Part shown: positions 1 through 11,704 of the stretch, piece by piece | Layout: each line of letters opens with the position of its first letter | Position numbering within the stretch: position 1 is the first letter of the stretch | DNA from: Takakia lepidozioides | Taxonomy: Eukaryota; Plantae; Bryophyta | DNA length: 64,000 nt | Assembly (NCBI GenBank): GCA_030704615.1 | Contig: CM060732.1 | Location: forward strand, 14,942,001-15,006,000 | Direction of reading: 5' to 3' | Program-made: the position numbers and the translations under genes | Notes under the pieces: model-generated | What the model saw: only the letters and a program-made list of their open reading frames with translations | Database searches by the model: none | Told to the model about the DNA's origin: nothing

Positions 1-330
1 GGTGAATAGCTGTGGATTGCGCATCTGCTGCAAATCACACCAGCTGTCGAACTCCTGGATAAAGTCATCCAACTCGATTGTGCCCACAGCTCCAGAGTAC
101 CTACGAGGCCCCCTTGGTAGCTCCATACATCTCCTCCATGTCGTCCCACAACAATGGCGAATGAAAGTGCACACCTGTTGATGAAGCCTTCGAGTCTGTG
201 TCTGACTCTACAGTAATTGAGGGTGGCGGTGAAGGTGGTCTGAACCGAATACCTTGTCTTGTGAACCCACTCTCACTGTACTGCCTGTAGCCGTACTCCC
301 CTCAAAACCCTTGGGTAACTCCGTAATGAC
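1..330 (-). pseudogene. Ty3/Gypsy-type gag N-terminus, frameshifted, runs off the left edge of the window
   Basis: Minus-strand translation LLWDDMEEMYGATKG/PRRYSGAVGTIELDDFIQEFDSWCDLQQMRNPQLF resembles a retrotransposon gag capsid start. There is a 1-nt frameshift in a G run near 110. It lies just downstream of a PBS-like sequence. Confidence 0.6.
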
Positions 331-405
331 ACTCACAATGTGCACCTCCTCCACGTGATACTATAAGGCTCTAGTACTAATCTAATAGTGACACGGGTGG
401 GCACC

Positions 406-696
406 TGTTGCAGTCTAAGGGTCATATCCCAATGGCTCAGGGCACCTGCACCTGCATCCACCGCAAGAACTCCTATGGTTGGCTGGTCATCAACCCAGCC
501 TCACCATAGAAGAAACACTGGTGGTCTTGCTGGTCATCACTCCAGCCTCACCACCGACAACATACTCTAGGATTGACCGGTGATCAAATCCGCCTAATCC
601 CTATGAAAGCAAGCGCCCACACAAAACCAACATGGCGCACAGTCAAGCATGCAGGTGTTGGGGGGGATCCAAACACAAGAAATCAAAACATCAACA
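406..696 (-). mobile_element. Candidate LTR (~290 bp, TGTTG...CAACA)
   Basis: Has 5-bp inverted termini. On the minus strand it is preceded by a PPT-like GGTGTGGGGG (697-706) and followed by GGTGCCCACCCGTG (392-405), which resembles the tRNA-Lys-type PBS of Tat-lineage elements. Confidence 0.5.
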
Positions 697-872
697 CCCC
701 CACACCAAAATCCAGCTGCAATGCTGATCCTGCAGAATATCACAGCCCAAAACCCCAGACTGACTGGCCTCCACCAAGAGAGGCTTTGGCAACTACGAGT
801 ACAAGGTAATGAAAATAGTACAGAGATGGAGGGGAAGAATAGAAGCCCGCCCAAGCAAGATCTAATCCTGAT

Positions 873-1622
873 CTATGCTATCAACTTCCAGACTTCTCTC
901 AAAGTGCCTCGCTCTTCTTGATGGTAAGGTGTAGGAGGTATATCTATGTCCAGAAACCTGCCACTAACCTTGTCCCAAGCTACAGTAGCTCGCTCTAACC
1001 AACCCTCCTCCTCTTTCTGCCAGGTAGAGACAAAGCAACACTCTGTTATCTCCCGCTCACTGAACACTAAAGAAAACAAAGGTAGGGTCTGATAGTCTCT
1101 CAACTCGAAAGCTTTGAGACGGTTGCGGGTGTCCTCATTGCAAATGATTGCATCTCCTTCAAACAGAACAAACTTGTCCTCACTAATGAACCCCAGCTCG
1201 TGGTTGCCTTGTGCAGAGCGTGTCCGGTTGCAACGCTGTCTGATTGCACAAACTTGTGTAGCTCCTGCTCCTCTACTCCAGTACACCACGGCCTTGTGGC
1301 TGAACACCTTGGTCCCCGGGGCTGTCTTTGGCTGTGTTCCAAGCCTAGCTTTCACCCACTTTGGTATTTCACCTACAGCTGCAGAACTGCTGGCTCCAAC
1401 AGAGTTCTGACTGTCCAAAGCGCTATTGAGGCCCTCAACGCCAACTACAGCAGACTGTTGTCTACTGCTAATGCCTGACTCCCAGTATGCAATCAACTCG
1501 TCTAACTGTTCTCTACTCAAATCAGTCTGAGTTCCTTGGGAAACATAAATCTTCTCCCCTTGTGTGCACAGGCTAAGAGATGAGACCTGCCCTTCAATTA
1601 CGTCCTCATTTCCCCCAGCCAT
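873..1622 (-). CDS. 249-aa ORF of unknown function, probably an extra ORF in the 3' region of an LTR retrotransposon
   Basis: Open, intronless ORF starting at ATG and ending about 170 bp before the candidate PPT/LTR. No recognisable domain. Confidence 0.4.
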   Translation of the reverse strand: MAGGNEDVIEGQVSSLSLCTQGEKIYVSQGTQTDLSREQLDELIAYWESGISSRQQSAVVGVEGLNSALDSQNSVGASSSAAVGEIPKWVKARLGTQPKTAPGTKVFSHKAVVYWSRGAGATQVCAIRQRCNRTRSAQGNHELGFISEDKFVLFEGDAIICNEDTRNRLKAFELRDYQTLPLFSLVFSEREITECCFVSTWQKEEEGWLERATVAWDKVSGRFLDIDIPPTPYHQEERGTLREVWKLIA

Positions 1623-4177
1623 ACAAGGAGTACATCCCCAGATTTATCTCTCATGTAGACCAGAACAGGTTCTAGAAACAGGATTGTGGATCTTTCATGG
1701 CACACTCACACCTTCTTTTTTTCTTTTTTTAAAAAAATTAATAAATTTTATAATAAGACAACAAATACAAAGAAAACTCTTTTAAAATAAAAATAAAAAT
1801 ACTTGTCTTGGTTCCTGTTCCCAGGTTATCTACAGGTTCCCAAACATGTTCATGTAGTTCTCACAGTCTGGATTCACCCCTCCTCTCGTTCTGTGCTCTT
1901 ATGATGTGGCAGTGCGTGGGATGTGAAGGTCGGTGATGCGGGTCTTGGCCTTTCTGTCAAGGAGAACGTGAGAAGGCTTCAGATCAATACACCCTGTGCT
2001 CCGGGCACTCAGGATGTAGGTATACCAACGCGCGTTTGTTACACCGATGGCAACGTTGAGTCGATCCCTTCAGCTCATATCCCGCTCATACACCAAGTGT
2101 CACTTGGTGAATGCACAGTCTCCCACTCTCATGCTTTCCTGCAACAAACACGACCTTGAGGTTCAATCCTCCAAAACCTGAGGATCGCCAGCCTGGGAGG
2201 TTGACACTGTCAAAAAGCGCCCCTCCCTTCCAGCAAATGGCCTAAGATCTGGTGACCTCGTCAATCCTCCCCTGGACTGCTCTTGCTTGGCCTTTCTCCC
2301 AGCTGCCTGCACCTGTCACTGTGTTTCTGCCTGACATTTGACTACCCTCCCAAGAATGTAGAAGTCCCTAAGATTCTCCGTCTGCCGCTGAAGCACTGCG
2401 GCAGTCAGGCTTTGCCCTGGTGTCACCTTCACCTCCCCACCTTTCTTCATGGCTTCAATCACTTCTTTAAACTGCTCATAGTTATGGACAGCCCCAACAG
2501 GCTGAATGTGGTTAGTAATGGGGGGTGTTTTCTGGGTAGTGTGATGCTCAAGGTCTCGCTTTGGGAGCCTTGACTACTGATCGGGTTGCTGGTGCGGTCG
2601 TGACGGAATTCCGCCTGGGAGGTGGACGTGGGCTGACCGTTGCATGTGGCTGTCGAAGAAAAGGAATTGGTCCGTGAGAAGCCTTGGAAGAAGCCGGTCT
2701 TACTTGCTGCACCAATACAAGTATTGCCCATTTAATGTCCTCTCTCTTCCTCTCTCCCCACCTTAGCTCCTGGAAGAACTGTCCCCCAGTCTGTATGTCT
2801 TCTCTCTTCTGTGCGTTAGCCTACACGGTTTTTTACGCACGGGAAGCAACCAACTGCACACTGCAGACTCTTTAAGAGAGAACGGACTAACAGGCGAAAA
2901 CTCAAGCCCGTGACGTTCTTCCTAGAGAAGCGACCCTGCCACCCATTCGCCAACACCAGGTCTTCTGCAAAGTAGCATAAGGACGGACACTAGATGCCAC
3001 AACAACTGTACTCAGCACTGGGCATGAGTTCCGCCTTCAGCAACACGGAGACTCTTATCTCTCCAGCGTACTCCGATACCATCGCTCCGACATCCACAGC
3101 CACTGCCTTTGCGCAGTCAAACACGGAAATTTCCCTCTACAAAACCCGCTCATTAGTGCATCTTCTCACGCTTCCCCGTCGTACACACGCCCCGGTCACA
3201 CAGAGAGGCTTCGCAGGAGCTTCCTCCCATCCGCCATCTCACTTGCGTGGTATGAACAAGACAACTGGTGCTGGCTGGTCTACAGTCTATTTCCTAAGTA
3301 GACACTGCTCATCCACACATGCCTGCTCGGGCACACCCTGCAAGACTTCGGAGCAAATCCCCTCGCGCAACAGTTCGGGATTTGACTAACACGTCGGTGC
3401 AGCAACAACCGCCTGGCACCTTCAGTTATCAGAGGATTGCGACATAGCCTGTTGTGTAAACCGAGCACACAACCCAGTTGACTAGCATCTCAACCCCAGC
3501 CTTTCCCTAGCCTCCCTGACAAATGGGAGCACATGACGCGGTTACAGAGTTCGTCTCCATGCGCGCAGGCTGCAGTGTGAAGAAGCTTGAAAGTGGCAGG
3601 CAGCCATGGCCGAGCTGCTGTCGTGCTTCAACCACTCTACCTATACCCCCCGAGTCCCACCATTGCGACTGAGGATGTGAGATGAACTCCAGCTAGCGCC
3701 GTTCTATGCTCATTGCTTGAGCTGTGTACAAGACCATGACCATCTATATTATAATAGTGCTTAAAAAAACAAAAACATCATATCTAGCTTAGCATTGGAA
3801 AACTAGATAGAGCTCATCTCTCTCGAGTGATAAGAAAACCAAAGAACACACTGTTGACACAAAACATGAAAACCAAAACCATCACTCTTTGAAATAGTAG
3901 TTGAGCCAGGGGCACCCCAAGCTATGGGGACTCTACCCCACAACAACCTACACTCCCATCATGAGTACACTCAGATCTAAACGCATGCAGGAGCTCGGTC
4001 GCACAGGCTCAACTCGAGAGAGATGAGCTACGCGACTGCCGCTCTCGTAAGATAAGGCCGTTCAGGTGTCAAACTAAACTTGACACCTGATTTAACACTT
4101 GACCTAAATCCAAGTGTTAAATACAAATAACTAGCTTTATTCTAGTTCTTTTCACACTGTGCTTATTTAACTTGACA

Positions 4178-4902
4178 TATCGTTCCTCGAGACACCCACA
4201 GGGCTGATGAAGCGGACCACCTCCATATTGATTTCCTGGGCGGTCCACGTTGGCGCTCGGCGGTCAAGGGCTGGCGGTCTGGGCTAGGGCCCGCGGGTGG
4301 GCCGGTTTGACAAGAGAATGGGCGACCGGCGGTGTCGTTGCCCGGCGGGTCGGGAAGCGAACAGGGTAACGGTGGGCGACGGCTTCATCGGTTGCCTCTA
4401 CGGCAGGGCGACCGCCCCAGAGTTCAGCATTTTTGAGAAACACGCGGCGACCGTCCGAAAATGGAGGCTCCCGGTGATACCTCTTAAAAGATGTACGATG
4501 TGACTCACGGACCATGCCTCTGCTGTGTCCTTGGAACTGGGCATGGACTTACAAGCGATACCACGGTAGGGATGTAGACAGTGGATTCCAGACTATACCT
4601 CTGCTGGTGTATGCAATAGGGCGACGATTTACAAGTGATACCTCTGCAAGGGTGTGCGCTGCAAGTATCGTTCCTCGAGACACCCACAGGGCTGACGAAG
4701 CGGACCGCCTCCATATCGATTTCCTGGGCGGTCCACATCGGCGCTCAGCAATCCCGGCTGGCGGTCCGGGCAAGGGCCCGCGGGTGGGCCAGTTCGACAA
4801 GAGAATGGGCGACCGGTGGTGTCGTCGCCCGACGAGTCGGGAAGCGGACATAGTAACGGTGGGCGACGGCTTCGTCGGTCGCCTCTACGGCGGGGCGACC
4901 GC
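4178..4902. repeat. GC-rich ~240-bp direct repeat pair (4178-4415 and 4666-4902)
   Basis: Both copies begin tatcgttcctcgagacacccacagggctga and stay colinear with scattered substitutions. Confidence 0.85.
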
Positions 4903-5099
4903 TGGGGCGGTCGCCCAGGGTTAGAATGAGAGTGTCGGGCGACCGACGGTAGCAGCGTTTGCCTGAGCAAGCCCGTGGGCCCCACTTCATGCAGAGTGGC
5001 AATTGGATATGCGGGATCATGGATATGGATCCGATAATATGACATGATATGTGTGGCATGACCATGTAATGAATATGAATGCCTCTTGGAAATGGACAG

Positions 5100-5275
5100 T
5101 AGGTTGGGAACAAGTGGGTTGTTGGAAACAACTAGTTGTTAACAAGTGGGTTGTTTGGAACAAGTGGTTGTTAACAACGAGTTGTTTGGAACAACGAGTT
5201 GTTTATTAAGTAACAATGAGTTGTTATTTAATAACAACTCGTTGTTAACAACCAGTAGTGGTTGTTAACAAGTAT
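5100..5275. repeat. Low-complexity array of gttgtt...aacaa units
   Basis: Repeated gttgtttggaacaa and gttgttaacaa(c) motifs. Confidence 0.75.
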
Positions 5276-5989
5276 GAAAGCATATTTGGAAGATGCTTTA
5301 AAGAGAAGCATATTTGGGAAGATGCTTTGGTTTGAAGCATCTTTTGGCACATCACGTTGATGTATTGGAGGGTGTAGATGTGGTCAAATGGTATACACTT
5401 AGTGAATACTTTTTGACCACATCTACACCCATAATTGTGAAGAGCATCGCGTTGATGTTGTTATGGGTGTGACAGGGACAACGACGGGGCGGAACAGGGA
5501 CAGGGTTTGTGGTAAAAAAGTATTCCATAATCGTTTGCACAGCTGATCCATGTGGAGTGTTAGGTAGGGACTCCCTTTTTTCAAACGATTGTTCGAATGA
5601 TATGAGGCCAGTCTTCTGCTTCCTTTCTCTATTATGTGTTGTGAGATTTTTGGTTTTCTCCCTTCTGATTTGTTGTGCCACTTCTTACTCCTTTGTCCTT
5701 CTCAAGAAGCCATTCCGGCTCGATGTGCTTTGCATCCTCGTCATGGTGTCTCAAATGCAGCTTTTACTGAAAGGTTTATTATCTAACCCCTGCTCTGATA
5801 TTCTGTCCGTAAGGAAGACATTTGAGTGTACAAATTTTTGCTTAGGCCAAATTCGCAGGAATGTCATGTGATCCGACATGCGCACAGGCATGTTTCAGTT
5901 TGCAAACCAATAGGACTGCACCAAAGATGGGCAAAGAGAGAAGAGTGGGACGTTGGGTAAATTCACGATTTAGCCTGCCCTGGTACAAA

Positions 5990-8900
5990 TAGAGAGAGAG
6001 AGAGAGAGAAAAGACTCCGGCCAAAGTTGTCGTAACTAAGAGCCACTTCGCCTCACGACTACTGCCCCCGCTGCCCCCACTCGGGGGTGGGCCCTCTCAA
6101 AAAAGGTGTCCATAGGACACTAGGAGTCTAGAGGAGCAATGGTACCGTGGGTACCTAGGGTACCTAGGGTCCCGGGAGCCAGAGAAGGGTTAGATTCAAG
6201 TTTACGTTTGTTAGTAATAATGGCTGTGAGGTGTATTGCTCTGAAACATTTATGAATGGAGAGGATCGGGAGTTTGAAGTTAGTGTGTAGTGCATCAATG
6301 TTGGCATTATGAATGCCTCCTCGAGTGCCAGCCATGATAACCGTCAAAGGGCCAGTGACCCAGCCCTTATGTTGAAGCGCAAGGATAAGTGGCGCGTATT
6401 TAAGCCGTTTGTCTAGCATTGAATCAGCGGGGTATCGATCATGGCAGTATGTAAATTCAATAAAGTAGATGGTGAGGTTTGGGGTTGGAGCAGTGGGTGG
6501 GGGGGAGTTTAGGGGTAGGCCATGTACAAGCAAGATGTCTGGGCATAGTCTGGCAGGGCAGGTGCACGGGGGGTGGGAGCAAGTACAAGGGAGAAGCCAG
6601 TAGGGGACGGTGTGGTCTGGGGGTCGTCCTCGGTAAGTACCAGCATTGATTAGCGAGAACCATCTTGTCTCGGCGCGATGGAGGAGGAGTTTATGGATGT
6701 GCCAGACTGCTTGGTTATGGCGGGTTATACAAAGCCCATGGATGACCGGATGTGTACATTGGCTAAGAAGGTGTGGCCAGGTGTCGCGTTCCTGGTGGGT
6801 ATGAGACAATGCGGGGATGGGAAGAGGTGTGGCCAGAATATGTGTTTACGTTGATGTCCCATATATTGTGCGTATCAGAATTTAAGCGTCTGTTTGATTT
6901 GGGCGTCAGTAGCTGCTTTGGAGTGCCAGAAGTAGTTCGAGAGTTTGTTATGGAGCACACCGGATTGTGTCCATTTTTGTGTGTATAGTTTAGTGTGGCT
7001 AGCAGATACCGAGGTTTGCTTATTGGCTTCTCGAGTAAGGGATTTCAAAAGGTTGAGGTTGCGTATGGGTCGGGGCTCAAGGGGGTCGGGTATGGGGTGT
7101 ATTAGCCAGAATGGGTGGGTATGTGCTATGTGGATGGAATCATTGGTAGGGTCAACAGGGGGTTCGTCGGCACCTTCCTGGGCAAGAAGGTCGGCAGCCT
7201 CGTTCCCCCGGATACCTGTGTGTGTGCGCACTTTGATAAAGTGAATGGGTTGGTTGATGGAGATAGCTAGGTTGGCGATGGTTGTGATGAGATTACGGTC
7301 AGAGTGATAATGGTGAGAAGATGGGCAAGAGAGGTGGTTACGGATGAGAAAGAGCAAGGTGAGGCTGTCTGTGAAGATATAATGTGGAGGGGGGAATGAG
7401 GATAGTTGGGTGAGCGCTTCAAATATTGCCATTAGTTCTGCACAAAGTATAGTGGCAGGACCAGGAAGTCTGTGAGCGGAGCCCTGATTGGTAGCGGCAT
7501 GGTATACTCCATATCCTGCGTGGGAGCCATTGAGGGAGCCGTCGGTGTAGTGGGAGTGGGATGGCGGATATTTGGGAGGTATAGATTGGCAGTAGGATGG
7601 GAGGAGCGGGGGAGCGTAGGAGGGGCAGGGGACGGGCGCGGTAACGTCTTATTCCATGCCTTGTTTAAGTTAATCCTAGGGAGTGGGCCAGGTGGAATTG
7701 TGAGGACTGGGTGTGTGAGATGCTGGGGGTAGATGGTGGTTTTTAGCTTGTGAGTGCGCTTAAGGAGTTGATCTAGTAGGGCAGGGAAGGTGGGAGGTAT
7801 GGTGAAATGTGTGGTATTTTGGACATGAAGAATAAGGGTAAGGGTGGGTTCTTTGTAACGAAGGTATTTGGGGAGGGGTGGGGTGTGGATGTACCGGAGT
7901 TGGTTAGGTTTGATAGCGGCGAGGAGTGTTACACGGGTGTTACACCGGGTGGGAATTGTAGGAGGGGGTGGGGACTGTTGGGTAGCTTTTGGTGAGTGAG
8001 TAAAAGGATCGTGACGCTTGATGGGGAGGATTGTGTGGCCATACGGGCCCATTGGAGGGCCTCATGTGTGAGGGGGCCTGAAGGGGGGTTGGCAAATCCC
8101 CTCCCTGCCCATGCGTGTTGGGTGGCATGTCCGGTGGCTCCGAAGATGGAGTCCCGGGGGTGGGGGCTAGCAAAAGTTGTGATTTCCATCGGGCACGTAA
8201 GCGGACTGGAATAATATGAATGAGTGAGTCCAAAAGTGGTAATGAGCAGAGAGAGGATATCCAGGGGGATGGTAGTATGAGCAAATGCTTGTGTTAGTTT
8301 TGTCAGGGAACGGGGTTTTTTGGGAGGAGTGTCTTGGAGGTAGCGGGTAGCAAGCCAACTGAGTTCAGTAGCGAAGTCTTGTCGGGGTGGGTGGATTTGA
8401 GCGTCACAGGGGGAGGAAGTAGAGTATTTAGCCCATAGCCAAGCTAGTCTGTCATTGGGAATGAGGCCAAGAAAACGGCCGTTGAAGGTGTAGATAGTTG
8501 ACATGCGAGGGCCTTGACAGATTGTGGGGGAGGTGTGCAGGATATCCTTATCTGGATTGCATTCAGTAATGTGTTTGTGTACGTTGGGGGCGGTAAGTGG
8601 TTGATGTACGTGTCGAGCATCTTTGGGTTGGGTTTGGGAGATATGTTGTTGGTGGGTATGCGCGAGGTAGTTAGTGTCGGTACGTTTGTGGAATGCAGTG
8701 AGGAGTGTGAGATTGTGGGCGGGGTCGCAGTCGTCATGTGAGCCAAAGAGGTCATCCTCGATTTGCCATGAGTTATCATCAGCTGTGTAGCCGGCCCATT
8801 GGCATAGGTAATAGGTATCAATACAAGTGGCCCCATATGAGTCTGTGGAAGCTTGGGTTTTAATACCTAGGATGGCTTCGATAACATATGCTTCGGGGTT

Positions 8901-9400
8901 ATCTGTGTGGTCATGATGAGTTGCTGGAGTGCCAAGTGAGGTGGGAGCTGGGGTGGAAGTAGTTTGCGTAAGGAATGGCGTGTGGATGCAGGCGGGGGGG
9001 GGGGGGGGGGGTCTGGGATGAGTCCCTATCCAAGTGGGGAGAGGGTATAGGGGAGGTGGATGTGGATGGGGTGTCTCTAGTTTCAAGTGTCCTGTGGTTT
9101 GGGAGGCCCTAAGCGTGTGGAGAATAGAGGGGGATGGGCCTGATCTGTAGGCAGGTAGTAAGTCGCGTTGGGTATGAGGAAAGAGTGAGCATGGGAGATC
9201 ACATTCAAGGGTACATGATGCGGATGGGTGGCAGAGTAGAGTACGTAGGTGTTGGAGGAACCTGCATGTTTTGGCTGTGGCACGAGAATGTTTAAGTGTG
9301 AATGCTCCCGGGGTTATAAGTTGAGTCCCTATGGCGGTGGTAAGTTGGGTGAGATGAGTGATATGCCGTTCTTTGAAATAGGTGAGGAGGGTGATTGAGA
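5990..9400 (-). mobile_element. 5'-truncated non-LTR retrotransposon (Dualen/RandI-like 3' half): chromodomain, MTase-like domain, RNase H, Zn-knuckle-like region, restriction-like endonuclease
   Basis: Chromodomain YVIEAILG...YYLCQWAGYTADDNSWQIEDDL (~8680-8890). MTase-like YYSSPLT...FASP...DSIFGATG...FANPP (~8080-8220). RNase H YTDGS/AELMAI/IFTDS/HTGIRGNEAAD (~7180-7560). RLE RHNQAV...PDILL...IEFTY...KRLKY...GTRG (6230-6730). Frameshifts are present; a (TC)n tail lies near 5990. Confidence 0.8.
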
Positions 9401-10200
9401 AGCCATGAAAGTTCATCTTTTGCCTCTTTTACAGTAAGAGGATTGCGCTCATGGTGAGTGAAGTCGTACCTTCCTCTGCCGGCTTTTTGTTTCAATCTAT
9501 CCCAGCATATGTTTTTTACCCATTGGCTGCAGGTTGCGGCCCAAGATTCACATGGGTCTACATGTAAAATTTCACAGGTTTTATGGAAAGCCAAAGACAC
9601 TTGTTCAACAACGTCTTTCAGCAAAGTACGTTTGAGAGGGATGTGATTCATACCTAGGCTGAATAGTTCTTTCAGCCTTGCGTGTCTAATAATATTCAGG
9701 TCCATGGTACGTACGTGTTGCGTAGGTGTAGAACCAGATAGATGGAATTCTGTTTTTGTATCCACATCCCGAAAATCATGAAACCTCTTGGCACTGTCAC
9801 ATAGACAATCTGGTGAGTGAATCAGGTCTTGCATAAAGCAAAAATCACGGAAAACAACAGCAGGCTGATAGTATTCAGAGCTGCTTTGTTTATGATATGT
9901 CCATCCAAAAACTATCTCATCGATGAGAATAGCCAAGTCATTTTGTCCAAATTCCAAAAAAGCTTCTTTTATCAAGTTCCTAGGGTTTATCCACTCCATA
10001 CCACGGTTTGGGTACAACATATGAATGAATCCCAAGGGAGCAGGTTTTACTGCCTGTTTTATGAATTTCCTGCCATGGGCATGAGTTTAAATTTGTCTGC
10101 AACCATCCTCAAGACCAAACAACGCATCTGCACATACAAAGTAGAGGAACATACCAAAAATGAGATTTTTACAGATCTGTCCATGATCCAAAATCTCGTT
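9400..10200 (-). mobile_element. Penelope-like element (Naiad/Chlamys-type) pre-RT region, truncated by the LINE
   Basis: ORF 9292-10035 contains CLC...HVRTMDLNIIRHARLKELFSLGMNHIP, matching from memory the CxC...HVxTxDLxII...LxxLxxxG motif upstream of RT in these elements. The RT itself is absent. Confidence 0.55.
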
Positions 10201-10478
10201 TGTGTATTGGGGAGAACTCGTCAGTGATACGACGAGTCTTGTATGACTCCTGGCTGGCGATATTGATGGTGGTACTGGAATTAGCACCCGAACCCCCAAG
10301 TGATGACCGATTCGTTGCTCTTGAATTCTCAGAGGTGTTGGTAGAGTATTGTCCCCTGCCAGAGCGTCCTCCTCTTTGGTAGAGACCTCTTCCACGACCA
10401 GGGGTGCCTCTGCCTCAAGTGGCATTGTTCTTGCCTTGTTGAGGAGGCGTCTGCCCCTCCATACGCTGCCGTTTGTAG

Positions 10479-11704
10479 CTATTGAATTGTGGCCTGGGAA
10501 GGCTGTCTGAAAAAAGACCCAGGTTTCACAAGTTTCTCAATGTATCTGGCCCCCTTGGATTCTCCTAACTTCGCAAGCAACTTGGCTTGGGGGTCAATTG
10601 AGAATTCACAAGCTGTTTCCATTATGAAGCCCCGGGTCATCTGGAAGGTAATTTGTGCAAGTACAACAGATCTGGCAGCCCGCATGATCCACACCAGAAA
10701 GCTGTAATACTTGGTTTGCACCGAAGGATAGGCATCATCAGGGAAGAACACAATCAGATTGTTCAGCATATACCATACCATATGGTCAAACCAAGCAACA
10801 CTCCCAATGCAAGAAGAGGGTGCCCCTCCTTGTCCACAGTTACATCTTATGTAGGGACGATGCCAGTTGAAGAGTTGACTCTTGTGATTTTTGGATCTGG
10901 CCGAACCAGTCGGCAAGTCATTTTTGGTCCTCAAGGTAAGGTTCTCACCTTTGTCACAGAGCTTGTAGTAGAAGGTCCTTAGTGGCCATGCCACAACAAC
11001 AGGTTCCTTTTTTATTCTCTGAAAACCCTCCTTAGCATCCTGTGCACATCAACTGCGTTCAGCAGGAGTTATGTTGCCCCATTTGACCCACATTTCAATA
11101 GAAATGGGTGCCAATAAATTGATATTAGCATGTGGGTGCCACATCCTGTGGTCATTATTGGCAACCTCTAATTCAACTGCACGGGGAGGCAACCAAGGGA
11201 CAAACTGCAGATTTCCAGGAGTGGCACCTACTGCCCTTTCTTGTTCCACTTGTGAGATTTCTACTTGTTCACAGAATTCTCTCACTGCCTCTTTTTCTTC
11301 ATCCGGTAAAATCATGTGCCCAAGGATTGGGTGATTACTTACAGAAGGGATGAAGTCTTTTTCAGATGTGTTTGTAGATTTATGCGTGGAGACAGTCTGG
11401 TCATCTTCTGGGTTCGCCATTCTAAGAGCTGCCTCAATGGCTGATCCCTTCTTTTCCCATTGTATCAGCTCCTCGGCATCATCTTCCAGTACCTCAATCA
11501 TTTTAGTATTGAATTCCTGGAGCTTCTCCAGGTACCTGCCATTCTTATTTGCCATGATGCCAAGTGCAACCCAATTTCCAAAGCCAAGGTTTCAAGTAAT
11601 AACACGGGGTTTTCATCACCTGAATTTTCCAAGGCCTCAGTATCCATCTTTTGCAATGCAGCATGGAAGTCACTTGGTGTGATTTGTGCGAGGGTAGCCT
11701 GCAC
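10479..11704 (-). pseudogene. Broken ORFs of unknown function upstream of the PLE-like fragment, probably the same element
   Basis: Co-oriented ORFs 11498-11704, 11049-11555 and 10479-10994 with protein-like composition, separated by frameshifts or stops. Confidence 0.35.

Noticed and set aside
4200-4240. Hammerhead ribozyme core (CTGATGA here, CTGACGA at 4693)
   Set aside because: No stem II followed by GAAA is visible.
5785-5815. tRNA-Met PBS-like sequence (reverse complement gaatatcagagc)
   Set aside because: It lacks the TGG start and has no supporting LTR pair or gag.
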